Origin: an uncultured Opitutales bacterium
GTDB taxonomy: Bacteria; Verrucomicrobiota; Verrucomicrobiia; Opitutales; UBA2987
DNA: 64,000 bases
Direction: 5' to 3'
Assembly: GCA_964542645.1 (NCBI GenBank)
Contig: CAZIUG010000003.1
Coordinates: 130,501-194,500 of the forward strand
The position numbers and the translations under genes are program-made. Within the stretch, counting starts at the first letter, position 1. The number at the start of each line of letters is the position of its first letter. Below, in pieces: positions 18,153 to 26,953 of the stretch. The notes under the pieces were generated by a model. That model worked only from the letters and a program-made list of their open reading frames with translations. It did not search any database and was not told the DNA's origin.

Positions 18153-19022
18153 GTGACTGAAAACGAGAGATATCTATTCGACATCAATGGTTATATTGTC
18201 GTACCCGAGGTGCTTTCTCTAAAGGAAGTTTCCGAAGCCAATCGAGCGATTGATAAACACTCTGATGAGATTCAGGAGCGTACTGGAGATTTGTCGCTTT
18301 CTGGTGTGTCGTCCACCTTGAAGGGAATTGCGGGCCGAGGCGATGTGGGGGGTATGCTGACGTGGGAAAAACCCTGGTGTGATCCTTTTTACGCTATGCT
18401 GATACACCCTAGAGTCGCGCCTTATTTACAAGCACTGTTGGGGATTGGGTTTCGAATGGATCACAGGCCCAATCTAATTACGATGCAAGAAGGGACGGAA
18501 GGCCATGTTTTTCACGGATCTTCCGGCCCGGAATTTGATCCTCGTCAATATTATATTGTGAGAAATGGCCGGATGCATAATGGGTTGACGGTGGTTGCTT
18601 GGCAGCTTGCCGACCAAGACGAAGGGGATGGGGGGTTCTGTGTAATCCCAGGGAGCCATAAAGGAAATTTCGCCTGTCCTGAGGTAATAAGAAATTTTGA
18701 AGCCCACCATGAGTTCATCAAGCAGATCACGGCTAAAGCGGGGGACGTGGTGATATTTTCAGAAGCTACTACTCACGGGGCTTTACCTTGGAGAGCAAAG
18801 CACGAGCGGAGGTCTCTACTCTTTCGCTATTCGCCAAGTTGTTTGGCGTACTCAAATAGTTATCTTTCTTGGCCCGAAGGGACATTGGACGGGCTAACAT
18901 CAGAACAACGAGCGATTCTGGAGCCTCCCTATCATAAGGAATTCAGGGAAAGCGAATACAACATTCCGCAAACGCGGGATCGTCCGATGGTTGATTATGG
19001 GGAAGCTCTTACAAAAGAATAA
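18153..19022 (+). CDS. PhyH-family Fe(II)/2-oxoglutarate oxygenase-like protein with a non-canonical metal motif (H-G-S)
   Basis: 289 aa. N-terminus YLFDINGYIVV, core GGFCVIPGSHKG, distal ATTHGALPW and RRSLLFRY. The position aligned with WHxD of canonical paralogues reads GHVFHGSS. GTG start. Confidence 0.7.
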   Translation: MTENERYLFDINGYIVVPEVLSLKEVSEANRAIDKHSDEIQERTGDLSLSGVSSTLKGIAGRGDVGGMLTWEKPWCDPFYAMLIHPRVAPYLQALLGIGFRMDHRPNLITMQEGTEGHVFHGSSGPEFDPRQYYIVRNGRMHNGLTVVAWQLADQDEGDGGFCVIPGSHKGNFACPEVIRNFEAHHEFIKQITAKAGDVVIFSEATTHGALPWRAKHERRSLLFRYSPSCLAYSNSYLSWPEGTLDGLTSEQRAILEPPYHKEFRESEYNIPQTRDRPMVDYGEALTKE

Positions 19023-19025
19023 ATC

Positions 19026-19781
19026 ATGCTTGCTAAGAAAAAAGTATTGATCACGGGAGCCGCAGGTAGGATTGGGGCCATTCTTTGGAATGACTGGGAG
19101 AAAAGTAATTGCTATGAGTTGACTTTAGCAGATCGTGTTGGAATCGAAGGCTCTAAGTCACGAGTCGAAGTTGGGGATTTACGTGACATCAGATTTGCTA
19201 AAAGGATTTGTGAAGACCAGGATGTAGTTGTGTCACTAGCTTATTTGCGACCAGAGAATATTGGAGAAGAAAATGGAGGCATGACGGATATCGGCATGCA
19301 GATGCAGCTTTTTGAAGCCGCTCATCAAGCGGATGCAGGTAAGATTATTTTCGCAAGCTCCAACCATGCCAGTGGCTGGAACGAGATGTACGACGGACCA
19401 CCCCTTTTTTCAACTGTTGATCAAATCAATCCTGATGGTTGGTATGGAGCCATGAAATGTATGGCAGAGGCGGCGGGCAAGTATCTAGTGAATGTATGCG
19501 ATCGTCGCTTCGTTGGAATTCGTATTGGCACCGTTAATGGAGAATCCAATCCAAAGTGCATTCGGCATTGCAGTACTTTATTGGCTCCGGTTGATGCTGC
19601 GCAACTGTTTGGTCTGGCGGTGGATTACGAAGGACGAGAGAAATTTCTTCTCGTATACGGAGCTTCTGACAATGTGCACGAAGAGCGGAAAGGATTTCTT
19701 GATCTTTCAATTGCTAAGGAAGTATTAGGTTACAAACCTAAAGTAAATATCATGAGTTTTCATGACCAATGTGTTGAATGA
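19026..19781 (+). CDS. NAD(P)-dependent epimerase/dehydratase-type (extended SDR-like) oxidoreductase
   Basis: 251 aa with VLITGAAGRIG and YGAMKCMAE (YxxxK). The ATG is 3 nt after the stop of the upstream PhyH-like gene, suggesting translational coupling. Confidence 0.7.
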   Translation: MLAKKKVLITGAAGRIGAILWNDWEKSNCYELTLADRVGIEGSKSRVEVGDLRDIRFAKRICEDQDVVVSLAYLRPENIGEENGGMTDIGMQMQLFEAAHQADAGKIIFASSNHASGWNEMYDGPPLFSTVDQINPDGWYGAMKCMAEAAGKYLVNVCDRRFVGIRIGTVNGESNPKCIRHCSTLLAPVDAAQLFGLAVDYEGREKFLLVYGASDNVHEERKGFLDLSIAKEVLGYKPKVNIMSFHDQCVE

Positions 19782-19945
19782 AGAATTTCAGCTAAATGAT
19801 CCATCAAGTGGAATTCAGATGGCTGTGATCGCAAAGTACAATAAAAGAAAAGGACGGGAACGTTGAAAGGAAGAAAAGCCACCATCACGAACTTTGGTTT
19901 GTAAGGGATTGGTTTCCCGGGACGGATCTCGAGAATGACACTATT

Positions 19946-21052
19946 ATGCTAGAACGGTTTAGAGTTTCAGATAGGGATTGTGTTTACATACAGGAGAAGC
20001 GAATCCGGGCAGCTGTAGAAACGTTGTTTCATAAGATGGGACTCGACAATGGAGGCGCAGCAGCAGCAGCGGATGTTCTTGTCAAGAGTGATCTTATGGG
20101 CGTCGAATCACATGGCGTTTCCAATATGCTACGCCGATATATTGAGCGATATCAGGCTGGGGTATTAAATCCTAGACCAGAGCCGACGATCGTCAGAGAA
20201 ACCGCGACTACGGCTAGTGTGGATGGAGATGGTGGACTTGGAATTCACATCGGGGCAAAGATGATGGGAATTGCAATTGAAAAAGCGCGTAATAGCGGAA
20301 TGGGTGCAGTGTCGGTATCTCATAGCGGGCATTTAGGTGCCTGTGGTTACTTTGCGCTGCAAGCGGCGGAGGCGGATATGATCGGAGTATGCATGACTGG
20401 GGGATTCTCAGGCGATAATGCAGCTCACGGGATGGTCCCTACTTTCGGTGCCCAATCTCGTTTGGGTACAAATCCTATTGCCTGGGCGGCTCCAGCTAGA
20501 AACCGAGCACCGTTTTTATTCGATGTTGCCACGACCCAGGTAGCGGGGAACAAGCTTATTATTGCTGAGAGATTGAAAGCGGAACTTGATCCCGCATGGA
20601 TAGCGAGAAGAGACGGCACGCCAATAATGGAAAAGGGGCTAGTACCTGAAGAATTCTTCCTGCTTCCTTTTGGAGGAACCCGTGAGAATGGATCACATAA
20701 AGGATACGGATTTGGTATTATTAGTGCGATTATGTGCCAGACTTTGTCTGGAGCGGGTTTGCAAGGGAAGAAGACAAAGTGGGGGAATGGCCACCATTTT
20801 TTTGCTGCTTACCAGATCGAAGCATTCTGTGATTTAGAGGAGTTTAAGTGCAATCTTGACGAAGCTTTGGATCGGCTAGCTAATACCCCACCAGCGCCGG
20901 GACATAAACGCGTAATCTATCCCGGTCAGGATGAAGCGGAGGAGTTGAATAAACGAACAGAGGAGGGGATTCCTTATCATATCGAAGTAATCAACTGGTT
21001 CCACCAGATCGGGAAGGAGTTGGATATCGTGATCGATCTTCCTGAGCAGTAA
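19946..21052 (+). CDS. Ldh_2-family oxidoreductase (malate/L-lactate/sulfolactate/pyrroline-2-carboxylate reductase type)
   Basis: 368 aa with GVESHGV, HSGHLGACGYFA and GSHKGYGFG, characteristic of type-2 malate/L-lactate dehydrogenases. Confidence 0.8.
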   Translation: MLERFRVSDRDCVYIQEKRIRAAVETLFHKMGLDNGGAAAAADVLVKSDLMGVESHGVSNMLRRYIERYQAGVLNPRPEPTIVRETATTASVDGDGGLGIHIGAKMMGIAIEKARNSGMGAVSVSHSGHLGACGYFALQAAEADMIGVCMTGGFSGDNAAHGMVPTFGAQSRLGTNPIAWAAPARNRAPFLFDVATTQVAGNKLIIAERLKAELDPAWIARRDGTPIMEKGLVPEEFFLLPFGGTRENGSHKGYGFGIISAIMCQTLSGAGLQGKKTKWGNGHHFFAAYQIEAFCDLEEFKCNLDEALDRLANTPPAPGHKRVIYPGQDEAEELNKRTEEGIPYHIEVINWFHQIGKELDIVIDLPEQ

Positions 21053-21231
21053 TTAGGTTTTTGAAGTCGCCGAGTTGAGTGAATTCGGAATATTTGACCA
21101 GCCCTCAATTGACTTGAAGCAAGTCACCAGCATCTTCCTGGTTTTTGCCCGTTCTGAAGGTGCTATTGCGGTCGGTAATCCCAGTCGCATCACACTTGTG
21201 TTACAGGGATTGGGAGGGTAGAGAAAAGGGC

Positions 21232-22014
21232 ATGAAATTTGGGATTGGTGTTGATTGTGAAGGTGTTGCATGTGTGGTGGGCTCCCCTGGCGCGTCTTTG
21301 AATTCTTCTCGTGATTTGGAGTTTGCAAAATTGCAAGCAACTCGTGAAGCGAATGCGGTAGCGAGAGGGTTGTTCGAAGCAGGGGCGGAACAGGTGATTG
21401 TATGGGATAATCACAATGGAAGTCTGAATCTTCATTACGATTTGCTCGACGAGCGATGTGATATTGCATTGGGAGTGGGCTTCAGTCACCGGTGGCCTGG
21501 AGTGGACGAGTCATTCGATGGTGTCTGTCTGGTAGGTTACCATGCGATGGACAATACGGTGGACGGAGTCATCTGTCACAGTTTCAGTTCGGCGACTTAT
21601 CAGCATATCAAAGTGAATGGTAGTGAAGTCGGCGAGATGGCGATCGACGCAGCGGTTGCTGGGGAACAAGGAATTCCTGTCGTATTTGTAGCAAGTGACG
21701 ACAAGGGAGTTAAGGAGGCGGCTGAGTTTTTTCCAAAGGTCGAGACAGTGACGACAAAGCAAGCTATGGGATGGAACGCTGCTGTGAGCAAGCACCCGAA
21801 AAGGGTTATTGCCGAAATCTTTGAGGGCGCCCAAAAGGCGGTTGGGAATATTTCTAATATGGAGCCGTTCAATTTCGGGAATCCCATTGAACTCGAATTT
21901 AGATATAAACGCATCGAAGCCGCGGAGGCGGCAAGCAGAGGGTTTAAAGGTGGAGAACGAATTGATCCGTACACGGTGAGGTATCGGGTGGAAAGGATAT
22001 CGGACTACTACTAG
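21232..22014 (+). CDS. Peptidase M55 (DppA-like D-aminopeptidase)
   Basis: MKFGIGVDCEGV (D/E metal ligands), WDNHNGS, GYHAM, ICHS and VGEMAI align by eye with B. subtilis DppA. I prefer ATG 21232, preceded by GGGAGGG...AAAAGGG, over the track start at 21145. Confidence 0.78.
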   Translation: MKFGIGVDCEGVACVVGSPGASLNSSRDLEFAKLQATREANAVARGLFEAGAEQVIVWDNHNGSLNLHYDLLDERCDIALGVGFSHRWPGVDESFDGVCLVGYHAMDNTVDGVICHSFSSATYQHIKVNGSEVGEMAIDAAVAGEQGIPVVFVASDDKGVKEAAEFFPKVETVTTKQAMGWNAAVSKHPKRVIAEIFEGAQKAVGNISNMEPFNFGNPIELEFRYKRIEAAEAASRGFKGGERIDPYTVRYRVERISDYY

Positions 22015-22287
22015 AAGCGAGTACAGAAACGGTTAAACCGGTGAGCTGGATTTATGTCGGGGTTAAAGGTCCGAAGTTTTATGTGGTGAGTTGCGCCAAC
22101 AGTTTCCCCCCTACATATTCCGACAATAGGAAACTAATAGTGTTCTTTAAATTCGAAATAGCGTCTCATGCGCGAGTAAGGTTATCGACGATTGACCAAC
22201 TTCCAGTGGGGAGAGATTTCTATCTCGGGCTGATTTTGGGGAACAAGATATAGGTTTCCCATTTATGCTGTTTCAAGCTGAGTACTG

Positions 22288-23259
22288 TCACTTTTTGAGA
22301 AACAGGCCAAACCAGTTGGCCATCCATTCGAAGTACTCTAGAAGAAAGCGGTGATTACCCTTTGGTTGATGGACCTTGAAACGCTCCGAGTATCCCGCAG
22401 CGGCATAAGATTTGCTGACGGCTAGCGCAAGATTATCGACTCCCTCACGCGGCATGTCTTCATCCTCAGTCGGTGCTACTATCATGAAAGGGCGGGGCGG
22501 TATGCAAGCGGCTGCCAACTCAGGGTGATCAAAGTAGCGAAGCATATGTGGAATATAGAAGTAGCCACTGTGTCGGTCGGTGTCACCATGCTGAATTGCG
22601 GTGGCCAGGCTTCCTAGGCCTCCGCACAACGGAACACCAGCTGCGATCCAAGAAGCGCAGGCCATAGCATACCAGGTCGCATTCCCTCCCAGAGAAAAGC
22701 CTGTAAGTCCAATCCTATTGGGATCAACATCTGGCGTCGATGCAAGTATGCGGGCCGCTTTAAGGGTCTCTTCAACAAGTAGACCCATTTGGGTACGCCC
22801 ATAGGGCTGTAGGAGTTTCTGTTCAGTCGCCCATTCTTTGGGGTTAGGGCATCGAGATAGGGAACCTTTTGGAGTGATCGAAAGGGTGGCAAAGCCGCGG
22901 CTGGTCAATTCTCGCGCCCATCCGAACAAACGACCTTCCCGCGATTCGTAAAAACTGGAACTGGCAAGATCTTCAGCACATCCGCGAGTACCGGGAATGC
23001 AGACGATACCAGCGCGATTACTTGTGCAGTTAGTGCGGGGCATCATAAGAATTCCGGGAATGGATTCTCCGAGTGAATTTCGATATGATATATGAGTGGT
23101 TTTGATTTGCTCAGTTTTCATTTCGCGTATCGAATCGTACCCAACTTTGATAGGAATTTCATCGAGCCCGAGGAGTTCCACGAGTTTGTCGCGAATGTGT
23201 AGCTTATTGATCTGTATAGGATCGTATGGATGGAAATTTGGTGGAAAAGGGGAAGCCAT
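22288..23259 (-). CDS. Alpha/beta-fold serine hydrolase (acetyl-esterase / dienelactone-hydrolase-like)
   Basis: 323 aa with the nucleophile elbow LTGFSLGG. A late Asp and His (EDEDMP, PKGNHRF) are consistent with a catalytic triad. No signal peptide. Confidence 0.7.
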   Translation of the reverse strand: MASPFPPNFHPYDPIQINKLHIRDKLVELLGLDEIPIKVGYDSIREMKTEQIKTTHISYRNSLGESIPGILMMPRTNCTSNRAGIVCIPGTRGCAEDLASSSFYESREGRLFGWARELTSRGFATLSITPKGSLSRCPNPKEWATEQKLLQPYGRTQMGLLVEETLKAARILASTPDVDPNRIGLTGFSLGGNATWYAMACASWIAAGVPLCGGLGSLATAIQHGDTDRHSGYFYIPHMLRYFDHPELAAACIPPRPFMIVAPTEDEDMPREGVDNLALAVSKSYAAAGYSERFKVHQPKGNHRFLLEYFEWMANWFGLFLKK

Positions 23260-23587
23260 TGATTTGTTGATGATCTCAGTGAGATTAATTTTAAGTAGCA
23301 GGGATCACCCTTTACAATGATTTAACAAAGAACTTTGCAGATCATACAACTCGAGTAATATGATAAATGTTATTTTTGCTGCGGTTTATAGACTTACCTA
23401 TACGCGTAAGGGAAAGAGCCGACGGCGTGATTTTACTTTCATTGGGCTTTGACGGGCAAGGATACGATTTCGGTTCTTCCTAATCTTGCTTAACTTTATC
23501 CTCTCAGTTTACCGAACTCACGGATCGAGCTAGTATCTGTATTAGAAAAATAGGCTTGGAACTAGAGAAACTAATAGAAGGCGGTAG

Positions 23588-23605
23588 TTTAGAAATTCTT
23601 AGAAT
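23588..23605. promoter_or_regulatory. Candidate operator, copy 2: TTTAGAAATTCTTAGAAT
   Basis: Lies 50 nt upstream of the HpcH aldolase ATG (23655). The 14-mer GAAATTCTTAGAAT is identical to 11500-11513. The flanking DNA carries further TAGAA/TAGAG repeats. Confidence 0.4.
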
Positions 23606-23654
23606 CCCCAGGCGCTAGCTTGACTTCCCTTAATGCGGTCAGATTATTTGTTCT

Positions 23655-24389
23655 ATGGTACCTAATCGAATCTTAGAGAGAGCAGCAAAGAACGAAAAAG
23701 CACTGGGCCTTAGTTTAACGAATTGTTCGGGCGAACTCGTGGAGTTGGCAGGGAGAATGGGGCTCGATTTTGTTGATTTTGATGGCCAACACTCGCCGGT
23801 GACGCCAGCGGAAATTGGGGAGATGTGTCGCATTGCGGATGCGCTCGGAATTACGGTTATGATGCGAATCCCCGACGGACGGGAGAGTACAATTCTAAGC
23901 TTTCTAGATAGGGGAGTTAGGGGTATCACAGTACCCAACCTACTTACCAAGGAGGAAGCCGAATTGCTGGTCAAACACACATATTTCGCTCCTTTGGGGT
24001 TGAGAAGTGCAACTAGTATACCGACAATGCACAGCCAGGTGGATAACGATAGTATTCGTCTTTTCAAGGACGTTAATGCGAATACTCTTTTGGTGCCGCA
24101 GCTTGAGAGTATTGTGGCTCTGGAAAATCTCGAAGAGATTCTTTCCGTAGAGGGAATCAACTATTTCGCCGCTGGACGAGAGGATATGGCTCAGAGTTTA
24201 GGCCTTCCGGGACAGCCGGGCCATTCCAAAGTTACTGAGACCTATGAGAAAATTGACGAAAAACTGCACGCGGCAGGCAAGAAGTTTATAGCAGAAGTGG
24301 TTGAGAGTGTCTCAACTTTCATGTTGACCAAAGACGCGATTTCAAAGCTCTTAAAGCAACACGGCCGCGAATCGAAATTGGGATGGTAG
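23655..24389 (+). CDS. HpcH/HpaI-family class II aldolase (2-keto-3-deoxy-acid aldolase type)
   Basis: 244 aa with LVELAGRMGLDFVDFDGQHSP, MMRIP, and LGLRS and PQLES segments typical of HpaI/YfaU/GarL aldolases. Confidence 0.8.
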   Translation: MVPNRILERAAKNEKALGLSLTNCSGELVELAGRMGLDFVDFDGQHSPVTPAEIGEMCRIADALGITVMMRIPDGRESTILSFLDRGVRGITVPNLLTKEEAELLVKHTYFAPLGLRSATSIPTMHSQVDNDSIRLFKDVNANTLLVPQLESIVALENLEEILSVEGINYFAAGREDMAQSLGLPGQPGHSKVTETYEKIDEKLHAAGKKFIAEVVESVSTFMLTKDAISKLLKQHGRESKLGW

Positions 24390-24462
24390 TGCCGAGAATC
24401 TACCCGATTGGGTTCAATATCCACCAAACAATGAAAATGCAAAGTTTGGAAGATTCCTAGCA

Positions 24463-25557
24463 ATGCTTATTTTCGACGGTGACTATCCAATGGCCTACGG
24501 GGCCCTGGAATTGAATAGGGATTTAACTCTTCCAATCGATGAAATTCGTGCAGCTGATCCTGATTCCAAAAACGTTCCTTTTGCCTGTCTGCCGGAAATG
24601 CGTCGAGGAGGAATTTTTTGTGCGCTGATGAAGTTCACAATTCGATATCAATGGGGAGATGCCGTGCTAACAGGGTACCGCAGTTCAGAGGGAGTGTATG
24701 GGGCGGCGAAGGGACAAGTCGCTTATTATCAAATGCTCGAGCGTTGCGGCGAAGGAGTGATTCTTAGGTCTGGGAAAAAATTGTCCGAACACGCTCGGAG
24801 ATGGGAAAGAAAGGAAGATTTCTTAGACCAACCGGTTGGATTCATCCTCGGTATGGAAGGGGCTGATCCGATTCTGGATCCGGAGCAGGTCTATGAGTGG
24901 TGGGAAGAAGGAGTGCGCGTTGTGAGTCTGACGCATTATGGCCCCAGCAGGTATGCTCAAGGAACTGGTACCGAAGGGGGCCTACGGCCACCAGCCGTTG
25001 ACTTGCTGCGAGAGATGGAAAGCTGTGGAATGCTTCTCGATATGACTCATATAGCTGATCAAAGCTTTTGGGAGGCGCTTGAATTTTACTCGGGACCTAT
25101 TCTGGCGAGCCATCAGAATTGCCGGTCGCTTGCGCCCGGGGCGCGTCAATTCACAGATGAGCAACTTAAAGCGGTGATTGAACGGGGGGGTGTGATTGGA
25201 GCCTCCATGGACACGTGGATGCTCCGTGAAACACAGGATGTAGATTGGGCGGATACAGGTTCTTGGGTGCGACGCGATCATTTTCCACGGTCGGCGGTTT
25301 CACTCAAACACATTGCTGATCATATTGACCACGTGTGTCAACTGGCTGGCAATGCCGGTCATGCTGCGATTGGAGGGGATACTGACGGGCAGGGTGGAGT
25401 GGACGGAGCTCCCTTTGAAATCGATACGGTGGTAGACTATGGAAAGCTAGTCCCAATATTGGAGGCGCGGGGATATAGCGAGAGTGATATTGCTGACGTA
25501 ATGTATCGCAATTGGTTGAGATTCTATGAGAAACACCTACCCAGTTCTGGTGGATGA
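24463..25557 (+). CDS. Peptidase M19 (renal/membrane dipeptidase)-like amidohydrolase, divergent N-terminal metal motif
   Basis: 364 aa with GMEGADPI, SLTHYGPSRYAQG, DMTHIAD, ASHQNCRSL and GGDTDG in the M19 order. The usual N-terminal DGHND reads FDGDYP. Confidence 0.72.
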   Translation: MLIFDGDYPMAYGALELNRDLTLPIDEIRAADPDSKNVPFACLPEMRRGGIFCALMKFTIRYQWGDAVLTGYRSSEGVYGAAKGQVAYYQMLERCGEGVILRSGKKLSEHARRWERKEDFLDQPVGFILGMEGADPILDPEQVYEWWEEGVRVVSLTHYGPSRYAQGTGTEGGLRPPAVDLLREMESCGMLLDMTHIADQSFWEALEFYSGPILASHQNCRSLAPGARQFTDEQLKAVIERGGVIGASMDTWMLRETQDVDWADTGSWVRRDHFPRSAVSLKHIADHIDHVCQLAGNAGHAAIGGDTDGQGGVDGAPFEIDTVVDYGKLVPILEARGYSESDIADVMYRNWLRFYEKHLPSSGG

Positions 25558-25728
25558 GATTAAGATAGAATAGTGCCACGGAATGTGCTACAGCCTTCCC
25601 AACGTGATTTGATTGAGCGAATCTCAGATATCAATTCCAGAGCTATTGTTAACCAATTGAGAAAGGTTATTTAAAGCTCAAGCTCGATTGCATCGGATTA
25701 ATGAAATAGCAACAAGGAGGAGTAGGGA

Positions 25729-26664
25729 ATGGCGATAGCGATGACACCTGAGCAGGAAAGGGACTTCGATGAGAAGGGGTTTATCATCCTTGAAGACTTT
25801 TTGGAAAAGGAAGAGTTAGGAAGACTCTTGTCGGCAATTGACGAAGTTGCGGTTCGTGTGCGTAAAGCGAAAGGCTTGGGCCCAAAGGAACCTTTTTCGA
25901 TTCGTAACGCGTTGAGCCATCATGATGCTTTCCTCGATTTGATTGATCATTCGCGGATGCTGCCTTTGGTGGTAGATGCTATTGGTTGGAATATACAGAT
26001 CCGGACTACTCATCTTGACTACCGTCCGCCTTATCCAAAGGAGATGTGTGTCGGTGAGGTCGGCCGGGGAAAGGGAGAAGATCATGATGCTGGCTATAAC
26101 AACGTAATGTGGCATCCGGATCTAGCGGGAGATTATTTATTTGAGGCACCATCGCTGGATGGCCGAATGCCTTTTATGGAGGTCAAAGTCTTCTATGTCT
26201 TTTCCGATTTGAGTGAATCGAATTCTGGTAATCTTTGGTTGGTGCCGGGAAGTCACAAAAGAAAACCGGACGAACTCCGGAAAGACGACCGTACCATTGC
26301 TCCGGAAGAAGCCTTAGAACTAAAGCTTGGACCCGGGACGGCTGTACTTTGGCGTACTGCTACTTGGCATTGCGTGGGACCAAACAATTCGGATAAGATA
26401 CGTAAAGTTATGCATGTGGGGTACCACTACCGATGGCTTCGTCCTACTGATTACATTCAGGCCGATTCTGATTTGGTCGCGAGGAGTTCGCCAATTCGAA
26501 GACAGTTGTTGGGTGCGGTTGTTCCCGACGGTGAACCGCTGGGGAGTGATCCTGTGTTTCTTCCCCATTCTCCCTATTGGCTCCTTAAAGATGATGCTCA
26601 AGTACCATTGAGAGCCTGGGCGGAGGATAAGGCTGATTTTCGTGATTTTCGGGCACCGCTTTAA
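25729..26664 (+). CDS. PhyH-family Fe(II)/2-oxoglutarate dioxygenase (canonical triad)
   Basis: 311 aa with WHPD, LWLVPGSHK and TWHCVGPN. AAGGAGGAG lies upstream of the ATG. It is a paralogue of 49329-50291. Confidence 0.8.
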   Translation: MAIAMTPEQERDFDEKGFIILEDFLEKEELGRLLSAIDEVAVRVRKAKGLGPKEPFSIRNALSHHDAFLDLIDHSRMLPLVVDAIGWNIQIRTTHLDYRPPYPKEMCVGEVGRGKGEDHDAGYNNVMWHPDLAGDYLFEAPSLDGRMPFMEVKVFYVFSDLSESNSGNLWLVPGSHKRKPDELRKDDRTIAPEEALELKLGPGTAVLWRTATWHCVGPNNSDKIRKVMHVGYHYRWLRPTDYIQADSDLVARSSPIRRQLLGAVVPDGEPLGSDPVFLPHSPYWLLKDDAQVPLRAWAEDKADFRDFRAPL

Positions 26665-26953
26665 AAAAGAGTAGGGCGAGGCTGAGATAGATTGGATAGG
26701 GAATGGAATTCCAGAGAGATTCTAGAGGACAATCGATTGCTTGGATAATGATTAAATGCAAATTTGAAGAAACTGCAGCTCCATTCTCGGTGATGCATGA
26801 TTTAACCCAAAAGTTCGAACACAGATTTCGGATTCTGGGATTGGGTATTTTGCGGTCAACCCCTTGTCTGTTGAGAACGGTTTCTATCTTCTTCTCTGTA
26901 ACTTATCGAGTTGATTTGTATACTAAAAACTTCTGTTGAGAAAGGAGTTATCT

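Noticed and set aside
22041-22253. 70-aa GTG-start ORF in the convergent gap between the M55 and alpha/beta hydrolase genes
   Set aside because: No RBS and no recognisable motif. A position between two gene ends is more consistent with a terminator region. It cannot be excluded as a small protein, but it is unsupported.
23639-24160. 173-aa minus-strand ORF
   Set aside because: It is antisense to the HpcH aldolase gene, which has clear family motifs. The ORF has no recognisable motifs of its own.
26703-26939. 78-aa ORF in the 289-nt gap upstream of BNR gene 26954
   Set aside because: No SD motif, an odd composition and no family resemblance. The gap more likely holds a promoter or leader; it contains a TTCTAGAG site at 26720.
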